The notes under the pieces were generated by a model that made no database searches, was not told where the DNA came from, and saw only the letters and a program-made list of their open reading frames with translations. From positions 2,145,030 through 2,209,029 of the forward strand of contig JBJCIZ010000239.1 in assembly GCA_051294375.1 (NCBI GenBank): a DNA stretch of 64,000 bases, in the 5' to 3' direction. Every line of letters starts with the position of its first letter. Position 1 is the stretch's first letter. The translations under genes were made by a program, and so were the position numbers. This DNA is from Paraspadella gotoi. Lineage: Eukaryota > Animalia > Chaetognatha. This document shows, piece after piece, positions 39,620 through 53,100 of the stretch.

Positions 39620-40372
39620 AGGAGAGGGAAAAAGAGAAAAAGAAAAAGAGAAAAGAAAAGAGAAAAAGAAAAGAGAAAAATAGAAAAGAGAAAGAGAAAA
39701 GAGAAAAAGAAAAGAGAAAAAGAAAAGAGAAAAAGAAAAGAGAAAAAGAAAAAAAAGAGAAAAATAGAATAAGAAAAGAGAAAAAGAAAAGTGTATTGGC
39801 AGTGGCGATCGTTGCCGTAGGGTAGATGGCTAGGAATGCAAATATCTTAATTCAAATTTCCCCAAATTTGCGTCATGTCGACAAATAATTGAAGAAGAGG
39901 GAAAAGGGGTTGGCCAAGGCAATTTGGGTTATTTTTTAGATAACATTTGATTTGAAATTTTGTAGAATCTTCAGTTGCCTCAAAGATTACGACGTCGAAA
40001 CGGTTTTAAGACCATTTATTTACCTTTTAACCAAAATTTTAATGTTTATTTGGATTGTTTACAAACAATTTAACTTCGATAAATAAACAACTTTTGAAAC
40101 TTTGATGGTCGCCATTTGTAAAATAAGTCTGAAAGCAAAAAGAGAAAAAGAAAAAAGAAAAAGAAAATATAAAAAGAAAAGGGAAAAAGAGAAAAAGAGA
40201 AAAGAGAAAAAGAGAAAAGGAAAAGAGAAAAAGAGAAAGAAAAAAAGAAAAGAGAAAGAGAATAAGGAAAGAGAAAGAGAATAAGAAAAGAGAAAGAGAA
40301 AAAGAAAAGAGAAAAGGAAAAGAGAAAAAGAAAAAAAGAAAAGAGAAAGAGAAAAAAGAATAAGAAAAGAAA
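39620..40372. repeat. Two purine-rich (GAAAA)n low-complexity tracts
   Basis: A/G-only runs at ~39620-39790 and ~40135-40372. Confidence 0.85.
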
Positions 40373-41976
40373 AGGCTATGGTGGATCAAGGCCTCTATCT
40401 CTTTTACAGCATAATAACATAAGAGAACCCAGAAACCTGCAAGCTTTCGATCAAGACTCTGTCACAGTCAAGTTCATTAACTCCCAGAGTGCTTGGCCTC
40501 CATTTAAATGAGGTGGTATGTTTAATAAACTGTTTCAATTGTAGAAAGAACCACATCTTAGCGTAAATGGATCTTCACAATGCTATCAAATGTCAAGAGG
40601 TATTATTTCCATCTGCACAAGTATGTTAATTGATGACTTTTTGCTCGTTTTTCAATATAATTTTCAATACTATAATAAATTTTAAAATATTTCATTTCTC
40701 CCCTTGCCTTTCCTTTTTATTTTTCCCGTCTTTATTCTATATAGTTTTATGATTTCCTGAAGGCGGCGCTAGCAGTCACTTAGAAATAAGCAACCGACTA
40801 TAGGCGAGTTATGAACATTTTTAACTTTAGTAGAAAGACCAAGAAACAGACAGACCGACCGAATAGTGTCTCATAGAGTTTCTCTGCGAGTACTCGCGTC
40901 GCAACTAATAAGAAATAATTAATAGATAATAATTAAATAAAAGTTTTCCCGAGAGAGCGAGAAAAAGTCAGGCAGACAGGTGGACTGACAGACATGGTAT
41001 GATATTTATTTCAAAGCTGTTGTCGTAAAGGAGGTCTACAAATTTAGAACTAAAAAGCAAAATATAAATAAAATGGGTGATGAGATCATTTAAGTAAGCA
41101 TTCATCTGTGATGAGATAGTAAATAGTAAAATAAGTAAATTAAAAAAAAAGGACAATAGACAATATAATACGAAAATTAAAAAAAAAATGTTGTCAATTA
41201 ATTAGTTTAATGATTGAAAAAAAAATATATAACATCCTCAAAAAAGAATACAAATCTGAGCGTAGTAAATAAAAATTAAGAATCACTTTATCCATTAATT
41301 AGTTAATTTTAAAACAGATAATTAGTTAATTTAGTTATTATTGTACAGAAATCGTGAACGAAGAGGCGACTCCGCTGTGCCCTCTTGTGTAGCTAACGAG
41401 CAGGCAAAACGAAAACCTTTAGTTGTAGGAGTATAAATATTTTTTGTTTTATTTTACATCTAAATTGACAATCATGACGTTTACTTCATTGGGCGATGAT
41501 TCTTTGATATCTTTAAATGGGACTGGCTATCGATACAATCATGCGATCATTTCGTTTCATAGGACGAATGAAAATTTTTTTGGCATGACATGCAAAACAT
41601 GCATAACATCTTTACGGAAAAAGATTTAAGAAATGATTACTGGAAATGGAAGTAGAAGATATACATATTTATATACTTATTGTTTCACTTCATTGTAGAA
41701 CATAGCCGATAAAATTATTAATGAAAATCCCTATTGATAGTATAAAAAACGCTACTAACATTCATGCAAAGCATTTTTGTTGAAAAAAAAAGAATTAAGG
41801 TAGTGAGGTAAGGGTAAAATCAAATATATTATTATATATATTATTATATTGGTTGCACCGATTTCATTAAATAATAAATATGTCATAAAACTTTTTTCCG
41901 GATATGATTAGATAAGCAAAGTTGAGATCCTAAGAAATAGAAAGGAAAGTAGATTGTTCAAGTAACATATATATAT

Positions 41977-42344
41977 CATCGCAGGAGACTCAACCTCACC
42001 AAAAGGGAAATCAAATATAAATCAGAACCGGAATCAAAATAGGATCGGAGGAGAGGATAAAATCCGCAGATTTAAAATCATTGGATTGTGATTGGTCGAG
42101 GAGAGAATGGCATCGATCAATCAGCTTGCAGAATTAATGGAACTGTCAAAATCACTCTTGCCTCTGATCCTCTTCTCTAGATATAAATAGACCTAGCTTT
42201 CCCTAGTTTCAGTAGAATTGATCTGGACTCCTGCGTGTGTCTCACCGTCACCATTATTATTCTCAGAATAAATCACGTTCAATTTCGTTTTCTTTCAATG
42301 TGGTGGCAGCCTTGCGATTCGAACCAACACCTCCTCAGAGACTG
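41977..42344 (+). mobile_element. LTR-like element ending in 44 nt antisense to mature tRNA-Leu 3' half, inserted in (TA)n
   Basis: ATTGG boxes, TATAAATA and AATAAA in U3-R-U5 order, then TGGTGGCAGCCTTGCGATTCGAACCAACACCTCCTCAGAGACTG; (TA)n on both sides. Confidence 0.7.
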
Positions 42345-42877
42345 ATATATATATATATATATATAAGAAAGAAAATAAAATCGTTAAACTCTTTAAATAT
42401 GCTAATGCTCACTGAGAAATTATTTTGCTCACCTCCCTTCAAACGCCGGTCACAAAAACGTTACCTTGGATTTCTTTTTTGTATTGTTTTGTTTACTTAT
42501 GACAGTTATGTAAACTAAAGTTTTTTCTTTCTCTCGCCTTATAAAAATGAATGCCACCTTGTACAATTAGCCAATTTGATTACATTCTCTTTTCTGATTT
42601 TCTCCTAATACGATTAGATGAGCAAAGTTGAGATCCTGAGAAATAGAAAGGAAAATAGATTGTTCAAGTGGCATATATAATAATATAATATAATAATGCC
42701 ACCTTGTACAATTAGCCAATTTGATTACATTCGCTTCTCTGATTTTAATAAATCGATTCATTTCGCTTTAATCACCATTTTTATCTCGACCACCATCACT
42801 GTAAACTAGTCATTTAAGAGTACTGAATGCAATTAAAAAAAAAATTATGTCCGAAACGTATGTCAGTAAACATATGT

Positions 42878-45800
42878 CAGTATGCAGCCCTCCTCAACCT
42901 CTTCCTCTCTCTGGGAAGTTTGTTTTTCAATTTCAATTTCTCTGGGATCCAGTATCGCGTTCCGTGGTTCGAGAATCACTCCACTTTCTTATTTATAGCG
43001 CAGTATTAGTATCAGGGCAACGAACATCTAATTTAATCTAATTTTTTTCCAAGGCTTTTAAAAAGTTTATGCTGGATTTTTTAATCATATCCCTCTCTAC
43101 CATGGTTTTGGCCCTCAGGCCTCAGGGCATCGTTTTTTTTTAGGCTATAAAATATCCCATTACGATGTCGTAAATTCACACCTGGCTTTAAAATACTATT
43201 TTATTTCACTTTTTAACTATTTATGTTACTTTTTATGTCATTTATTTAGCTCTCTTTTCCAAAAGCGCCCCATTTCTGTTTCTTAATCTTCCTAAACCTA
43301 ACTATAACCCTCAGCTCTAATCTTCAACCCTAATCCCTAACCCTTAACACTAAATTTTAACCTAATCCTTAAACCTTAAAATAAGGCCCTACTTTCTACT
43401 ATTTATTTTATTCTTGTCCTTAATCTGTACTCTGTCACTTGTACCGACTTAAAACTACTTTTTTAGATTACGATAAAAATTTTAATTTTAAAATTTCTTT
43501 ATTTTTAGTGTGTTTATAAAATTAATGACGAATTAAAGAATTTAAAAGATTCAATCTTAATTTAAAAACATCCCTGCACTCAATTTATTTCACTTTAATT
43601 TTATTGACAGAGAGAGAGAAAGAGAGAGAGAGAGAGACCCAGAGAGAGAATTACTCTTCTCGAAGAAAACCGCCAAGAAAGCAAGAATCCTTTATCAAAG
43701 TCCAAAGGGGAAATTATTTACATAAATTGTCGAACCAGGTTGAAAAAAAAAGTTTTGAAAAACAGCCACCGCGTCAGACAACTTTAATGTTATTTTTATG
43801 GGTTTTTTAAATGCGTTTGCTTCATGATTTTTTTTATTTTTGAATTTTGAATTTAAAAAAAAATATTTTATTGTTCAAAACTTCATTCCTGAACCGCTGA
43901 AATTTCAAAACCTTTTTTTGTTCATTATAAATTTCACCGTCTGGTAAAATTTGGCCAAATTGTGGGATAAATTGTTCATATTTAAAAAAAAACATTTTTT
44001 TGAAGTTCCTAATAAATTTCTCAGCGGAAATGCTTACTAATTTCATGTTCATGTAAAAAGAAAACAAAATCGCTTAAGGAATTCTTGAGAGTTCTATTAT
44101 AGGATAAAATATAACGTTAAAATGTTTAAAATATATAATATAAAAATATTGTTTTTCCTTTTCTTTCTTTTCCTTGTTTGTTNNNNNNNNNNNNNNNNNN
44201 NNNNNNNNNNNNNNNNNNNNNNNNNNNNNNNNNNNNNNNNNNNNNNNNNNNNNNNNNNNNNNNNNNNNNNNNNNNNNNNNNNNNNNNNNNNNNNNNNNNN
44301 NNNNNNNNNNNNNNNNNNNNNNNNNNNNNNNNNNNNNNNNNNNNNNNNNNNNNNNNNNNNNNNNNNNNNNNNNNNNNNNNNNNNNNNNNNNNNNNTGTTT
44401 CGGCTATAATGTAAACCATCAGCGCAAAAACAAATATTTTAATAGGTTTTGAAGTTTGAAGAAAGAAAGTGTGAAAATATTTGTTTCCAAATTAATTCAT
44501 TTTTACGCTGATAAAGGCTGACATTGAAGCTGAAACACGTCCGAAATTTGTTTTTTTATAAAACTTGTATGTAAACAATTCATTGTCTACCTCAAATATA
44601 AAAATAACAATTAAAATAAATTTAAAACAATTATTTTTAATAAAGTTATTATCGTTTTTTTCCTGTTTCGTTGCGATATGATTTAGGACAGCATTTTTGA
44701 AAAAAGAGTAGTTACAACAATTTTTATTTCATAGTAAAACGGACGTGTTTTATGTGAGTCGAAACATGTTTGTTTCACTATGAAATAAAAATCGTTACAA
44801 CTCTTTTTCAAAAACTTTGTTCTAATAAAATTATAAAATTTATATTAGTGAACAAAAAAAATGAGTTAAATTTTACTTTTGCTGACCGGAGTTTTATCGA
44901 ATTTTGAGAAATCATTTAAAAATATTTATTTTTAAAAAAATATTACCTAATTACTCTAACCCTAAACCCTCTTAACGCTAATTACCCCTAACCTTAAATT
45001 ACCCTTAAACCACCTTTAACCCTAACCTTTGACCTATAACCCCGGTCGGTGAAAGTAAAATTAACCCANNNNNNNNNNNNNNNNNNNNNNNNNATTTGTT
45101 AAATTCATTTAATTTTGTTTTCCCTTTAGCGTCGAGTCTCAGTTTGGCGCAATAATATACTTTTTTTGGGTTAATTTTACTTTCACACGACCGGGGTTAT
45201 AGGTCAAAGGTTAGGGTTAAAGGTGGTTTAAGGGTAATTTAAGGTTAGGGGTAATTAGCGTTAAGAGGGTTTAGGGTTAGAGTAATTAGGTAATATTTTT
45301 TTAAAAATAAATATTTTAAATGATTTCTCAAAATTCGATAAAAACTCCGGTCAGCAAAAGTAAAATTTAACTCATTTTTTTTTGTTCACTAATATAAATT
45401 TTATAATTTTATTAGAACAAAGTTTTTGAAAAAGAGTTGTAACGATTTTTATTTCATAGTGAAACAAACATGTTTCGACTCACATAAAACACGTCCGTTT
45501 TTACTATGAAATAAAAATTGTTGTAACTACTCTTTTTTCAAAAATGCTGTCCTAAATCATATCGCAACGAAACAGGAAAAAACGATAATAAACTTTATTA
45601 AAAATAATTGTTTTAAATTTATTTTAATTGTTATTTTTATATTTGAGGTAGACATGAATTGTTTACATACAAGTTTTATAAAAAAACAAATTTCGGACGT
45701 GTTTCAGCTTCAATGTCAGCCTTTATCAGCGTAAAAATGAATTAATTTGGAAACAAATATTTTCACACTTTTCTTTCTTCAAACTTCAAAACCTATTAAA

Positions 45801-47185
45801 ATATTTGTTTTTGCGCTGATGGTTTACATTATAGCCGAAACATGTCCGAAATTTATTTTTTTTAATAAAACTCATTGTACGTAAACAACAAGGAAAAGAA
45901 AGAAAAGGAAAAACAATATTTTTATATTATATATTTTAAACATTTTAACGTTATATTTTATCCTATAATAGAACTCTCAAGAATTCCTTAAGCGATTTTT
46001 GTTTTTCTTTTTACATGAACATGAAATTAGTAAGCATTTCCGCTGAGAAATTTATTAAGGAACTTCAAAAAAATGTTTTTTTTTAAATATGAACAATTTA
46101 TCCCACAATTTGGCCAAATTTTACCAGACGGTGAAATTTATAATGAACAAAAAAAGGTTTTGAAATTTCAGCGGTTCAGGAATGAAGTTTTGAACAATAA
46201 AATATTTTTTTTTAATTCAAATTCAAAAATAAAAAAAATCATGAAGCAAACGCATTTAAAAAACCCATAAAAATAACATTAAAGTTGTCTGACGCGGTGG
46301 CTGTTTTTCAAACTTTTTTTTCACCCTGGTTCGAACAATTATGTAAATAATTTTCCCCTTTGGACTTTGATAAAGGATCTTGCTTTCTTGGCGTTTCTTC
46401 GAGAAGAGTAATTCTCTCTCTGGGTCTCTCTCTCTCTCTCTTTCTCTCTCTCTGTCATAAAATTAAAAAGTGAAAATAAATTGAGTGCAGGGATGTTTTA
46501 AATTAAGATTGAATCTTTTAAATTCTTTAATTCGTCATTAATTTTATAAACACACTAAAAATAAAGAATTTTAAAATTAAAATTTTTATCGTAATCTAAA
46601 AAAGTAGTTTTTAAGTCGGTACAAGTGACAGAGTACAGATTAAGGACAAGAATAAAATAAATAGTAGAAAGTAGGGCCTTATTTTAAGGTTTAAGGATTA
46701 GGTTAAAATTTAGTGTTAAGGGTTAGGGATTAGGGTTGAAGATTAGAGCTGAGGGTTATAGTTAGGTTTAGGAAGATTAGAAACAGAAATGGGGCGCTTT
46801 TGGAAAAGAGAGCTAAATAAATGACATAAAAAGTAACATAAATAGTTAAAAAGTGAAATAAAATAGTATTTTAAAGCCAGGTGTGAATTTACGACATCGT
46901 AATGGGATATTTTATAGCCTAAAAAAAAACGATGCCCTGAGGCCTGAGGGCCAAAAACCATGGTAGAGAGGGATATGATTAAAAATCCAGCATAAAACTT
47001 TTAAAAAAGCCTTGGAAAAAATTAGATTAAATTAGATGTCGTTGCCCTGATACTAATACTGCGCTATAAATAAGAAAGTGGAGTGATTCTCGAACCACGG
47101 AACGCGATACCTGGATCCCAGAGAAATTGAAATTGAAAAACAAACTTCCCAGAGAGAGGAAGAGGTTGAGGAGGGCTGCATACTG
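42878..47185. repeat. ~2 kb inverted duplication around a 25-N gap (arms 42878-45068 / 45167-47185); probable assembly artefact
   Basis: The right arm is the reverse complement of the left, differing mostly by homopolymer indels. Confidence 0.85.
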
Positions 47186-47199
47186 GAAACTGCTTAAAT

Positions 47200-50100
47200 A
47201 GATATCAGTTTAAATATCAGTCGGAAAAAAATTTTAGAGGCTCTATTTCAGTGGTTTCCAAATAAATATCATTTTTTTCTTTTTAAATATCAATGATTAT
47301 TCATTTTCAGGGTTTTTCTAAATAATATCATGGTTTTTCTTTTTAAATATCATTGAATTGTTCTTCTCATTAAATAAGGCCGCGTTCTTGTCATGAATCC
47401 CGGTTTTTTTTAAACTATCATCTTCCTACTTAAATATCATTTGAATTTGCTCGTTTCCTTTTAAAATATGCATCCTTTTTTAAATATCATTTTTAAGCTT
47501 TTAACTATCATCAACTTTTTTTAAATATCATCAACTCCTAAATCGGTTTTCCTTTTAAATATCACTTTTTTTTAAATATCATTTACCTTTTAACTATCAT
47601 CACTTTTTAAATATCATCAACTCCTAAAAATCGGTTTTCTTTTAAAATATCATTTTTCCAAATAACTATCATCCGATGTTTTACTTTAAATATCAATCAT
47701 CTTTTTAAATGATCATCAACTAATAAATCGGTTTCTTTTAAAATATCATTTCTCCAAATAAGCTATCATCAGTGTTTTACTTTTAACTATCAATCATTTT
47801 TTAAATATCATTACCTCCTAAATCGGTTTCCTTTTAAATATCAATTTCTCCAATAACTATCATCCGTGTTTACTTTTAATATCAATCATTTTTTAAATAT
47901 CAATCAAGTAATAAATTCGGTTTCCTTTTAAATATCATTTTCCAAATAACTATCAAATCGAGTTTTTTACTTTTTAAACTATCATCCCTTTTTAAATATC
48001 AATCAACTCCTAAATCGTTCCTTTTAAATATCATTTTTTTAAAATATCATTTTACTTTTAACTATATCACTTTTTAAATATCATTCAACTTCCTAAAATC
48101 GGGTTTTCCTTTAAAATATCATTTTTCCAAATAACCTATCAATCCGTGTTTTTACTTTTAAATATCATCATTTTTTAAATATCATCAACTAATAAATCGG
48201 TTTTCCCTTTTAAAATATCATTTCTCTCCAAAATAACTATCAACATCAGTGGTTTTTACTTTAACTATCATCATATTTTTTAAATATCATTACCTCCTAA
48301 AATCCGGTTTCCCTTTTAAATATCATTTCTCCAAAATAACTATCATTCCGTGTTTTTACTTTTAAACTATCATCAACTTTTTAAATATCATCAAACTCCT
48401 AAATCGTTTCCGCTTTTAAATATCATCTTTTTTTAAATATCAATTTTTACTTTTAACTATCATCACAATCACTTTTAAATATCATCACTCCTAAATCGGG
48501 TTTTCCTTTTAAAATATCATTTTTTCCAAATAACTATCATACGGTGTTTTTACTTTTAAATATCATCATTTTTAAAATATGCAATCAACTAAAAATAAAT
48601 CGTTTCTTTAAATATCATTCTCCATAACTATCATCAGTGTTTGACTTTTAACTATCATCATTTTTTTAAATATCATTAGCCTCCTAAATCGGTTTCCCTT
48701 TTAAATATCAATTTCTCCAAATAACTATCATCCGTGTTTTAACTTTTAAATATCATCATTTTTTAAATATCATCAAGTTAATAAATCGGTTTTCTTTAAA
48801 TATCAATTTCTCCAAAAATAACTATCATCAGTGTTTTACTTTTAACTATCATTTCATTTTTTAACTATCAGTAAACTCCCTAAATCGGTTTCTTTTAAAT
48901 ATTCATTTCTCCAAATAACTATCATATTGTGTTTTTAACTTTAAATATCATCATTTTTTAATATCAGTACTACTAAATCGGTTTCCCTTTTAAAATATCA
49001 TTTCTTCCAAATAACTATCATCGGTTTTTTCTTTTAAATATCAATCAATTTTTAAATATCATCAATACTAATCGGTTTCCTTTTTAAATATCATTTTTTT
49101 TTAAATATAATTTTCTCCAAAATACTAATCATCCGTATTTTACTTTTAAATATCAGCATTTTTTTAAATATCATTACCTCCTAAATAGTTTCCTTTTAAA
49201 TATCATTTCTCCAATAACTATCAATCCGTGGTTTTACTTTTAAATATTCATCCATTTTTTTAAATATCAGTAACTACTAATCGGTTTCCCTTTTTAAAAT
49301 ATGCATTTCCAAATAATTATCATCGGTTTTTTACTTTTAAATATCATCACTTTTTAAATAATCATCAACTCCTAATGCGTTTCCTTTTAAATATCAATCT
49401 TTTTTATATCGTTTTACTTTAATATCATCATTTTTTAAATCTCAGTAACTCCTAAAATCTGGTTTCCTTTTAATATCATTTCTCCAAATAAACTATCATC
49501 CGAGTTTTACTTTTAATATCATCATTTTTTAAATAATCAGTAAACTACTTAAATCGGTTTCCTTTTAAAATATCATTTTTCAAATAACTATCATCGGGTT
49601 TTTAACTTTTTAACTATCATCCTTTTTTTAAATATCATCAACGTCCTAAAATCGATTTCCTTTAAACTATCATCTTTTTTTAAATATCTTTTACTTTTAA
49701 ATATCATCATTTTTAATATGCAGTAACCCTAAATCGGTTCCTTTAAATATAATTTTTCCAAAATTACTATCATCAAGTGTTTACTTTTAACTATCATCAC
49801 TTTTAAATAATCAATCAACTCCTAAATCGGTTTCCTTTTAAATATCATCTTTTTTTTAAATATCAATTCTCCAAATAACTATCATTCCGTATTTTTACTT
49901 TTAAATATCATCATTTTTTTAAAAATATCATTACCTCTCTAAATCCGGTTTCCTTTTAAATATGCATTTCTCCAAATAACTATCATCCGTGTTTTAACTA
50001 TTTAAATATCATATTTTTTTAAAATTTTATCAGTAAACTATAATCGGTTTCCTTTTAAATATCATTTTTCCAATAACTATCATCGGTTTTTTACTTTTAA

Positions 50101-53100
50101 ATATCATCACTTTTTAAAATATCATCAACTGCCTAAATCGTTTTCCCTTTTAAATAATCATCCTTTTTTTAAATATCGTTTTACTTTTAAATATCATCAT
50201 TTTTTAAATATCGTAACTTCCTAAAGTCGGTTCCTTTTAAAATTCATTTCTCCAAATACTATCATCTCGAGTTTTAACTTTTAATATCATCATTTTTTAA
50301 ATATCAGTAAACTACTTAATCGTTTTCCTTTTAAAATATAATTTTCCAAATAAGCTATCATACGGTTTTTTTTACTTTTAAGCTATCATCCCTTTTTTTA
50401 AATATCATCAACTCCTAAATCGATTTCCTTTTAAATATCATCTTTTTTTTAATATCATTTTGCTTTAAATACATATTTTTAAATATCAGTAACGTTCCTA
50501 ATCGGTTTTCCTTTAAAATATCATTTTTCCAAATTACTATCATCAGTGTTTTATTTTTAACTATCATCAACATTTTAATATCATCAACTCCTAAATCGGT
50601 TTCCTTTTAAAATATCATCTTTTTTTTAAAAATATCATTACCTCCTAAATCAAGTTTCCTTTTTAAATATCATTTTCCAAATGAACTATCATCCGTGTTT
50701 TACACTTTTAAAAAATATCATCATTTTTTAAATATCAGTAACTACTAAAAATCGTTTCCTTTTAAAATATCATTTCTCCAAAATAACTATCATCTGTGTT
50801 TTACTTTTAACTATCAATCAAAAACTTTTTAAATAATCTCAACCCAAATGCGGTTTCCTTTTTAAATATCCCACTTTTTTTTAAAATATCAATTTCTCCA
50901 CAAATAACTATCATCCGTGTTTTACTTTTAAATATCATCAAATTTTTTTAAATATCATCACTAACTAAATCGGTTCTTTTAAATATCATTTTTTCCAAAT
51001 AACTATCATCGGTTTTTACTTTTAACTATCATCCTTTTAAAATATCATCAAACTCCTAAAATCGGTTTCTTTTAAATATCATCTTTTTTTAAATATCGTT
51101 TTTAACTTTTTTAAATATCATCATTTTTTAAATATCAGTAACTCCTAAAAAATCGGTTTCCTTTAAATATCATTTCCCAAATAACTATCATCACCCGTGT
51201 TTTACTATTTAAATATCATCATTTTTTAAATTCAGTAAAAACTACTTAATCCGGTTTCCCATTTTAAATATCATTTTTTCCAAAATAACTATCATCGGTT
51301 TTTTTACTTTTAACTTCATTCTTTTTTAAATATCATCAACTAATAAATCGGTTTTTTTTTAATATATCATCTTTTTTAAAATATCATTTACTTTTAAATA
51401 TCATCATTTTTTAAAAAATATCAGTAACTCCTAATCGGTTCCTTATAAATAATCTAATCTTTTTTCAAACAAACTAATCATCGGTTTTTTACTTTTAACT
51501 ATCATCGCTTTTTTAAATATCATCAACTCCTAAATCGGTTTCCTTTTAAATATCATCCTTTTTAAATATCGTTTTTACTTTTTAAATATCATCATTTTTA
51601 AATATCCAGTAACTCCTAAAAATCGGTTTCCTTTTAAATATCATTTCTCCAAATAACTATCATTCCGTGTTTTAACTTTTTAAATATCATCATTTTTTTA
51701 AATATCAGTAACTACTTAATCGGTTTCCTTTAAATATCATTTTTCCCAAATAATATCATCGGTTTTTAGCTTTTAAACTATCATTCTTTTTAAATATCAT
51801 TCACTATAAATCGGTTTTTTTTTAATATCATCTTTTTTTAAATATCATTTTACCTTTAAATATCATCATTTTTTTTAAATATCAGAACTCCTATCGGTTT
51901 TCCACATTATAAATATCTTTTTTTCCAACAACTATCATCGGTGGTTTTACTTTTAAACTATCAAATCACTTTTTAAATATCAATCAAATCCTAAATTCGG
52001 TTTCCTTTTAATATCATTTTCTTTTTTTAAATATCATTTCTACATAATAACTATATCCGTGTTTTACTTTAAATATCAACATTTTTTTTAAATATCATCA
52101 ACTAATAAATCGTTTTTCTTTTTAAATATCATTTCTCCAAATAACTATCTCAGTGTTTCTTTTAACTTATCATCATTTTTTATAATATCAGTACACGTCC
52201 TAAATCGGTTTCCTTTTAAATACATTTCTCCAAATAACTATCCTTTTGTGTTTTATTTTAATATCATCATTTTTTAATATCAGTAACTACTAAATCGGTT
52301 TCCTTTTAATATCATTTTTCCAAAAATAACTATCTCGGTTTTTTAACTTTTAAATATCATCATTTTTTAAAATATCATCAACTCCTAAATCGGTTCCTTT
52401 TAAATATCATCTTTTTTTTAAATAATCATTTCTCCAAATAACTATCATCCGTATTTTACTTTAAATATCATCATTTTTTAATATCAGTAAACTTCCTAAA
52501 TCGGTTTCCTTTTAAATATCATTTCTCCAAATAAACTAATCAATCCGTGTTTTAACTTTTACATCATCACTTTTTAAATTATCATCAACTCCTAAAATCG
52601 GTTTCCTTTTAAATATCATACTTTTTTAAATATCATTTTACTTTTAACTATCATCATCTTTTTAAATATCATCAACTCCTAAATCAGGTTCCTTTTAAAT
52701 ATCATTTTTCCAATAACTTCATCCGTGTTTTTACTTTTAAATATCATCAATTTTTTAAATATCAATCAACTAAAATAAATCGGTTTCTTTAAATTATCAT
52801 TTCTCAATAACCTATCATCAGTGTTTTACTTTTTAACTTATCATCATTTTTTTTTTAAATATCATTACCTCCTAAATCGGTTTCCTTTTAAATATCAAAT
52901 TTCTGACAAAATAACATCATCCGTGTTTTACTTTAAAATATCAATCATTTTTTAAATCACATCCAAGTAATAAATCGTTTCCTTTTAAATATCATTTTCC
53001 AATAACTATCATCGGTTTTTTTTACCTTTTAAACTATCATACCTTTTTTAAAATATCATCACTCCTAAATCGGTTTCCCTTTTAAATATCATCTTTTTTA

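Noticed and set aside
39498-40389. Lys/Glu/Arg-rich and Phe/Ser-rich ORFs
   Set aside because: Translations of low-complexity purine tracts.
44122-44452. ORFs spanning X runs
   Set aside because: Artefacts of the N gap.
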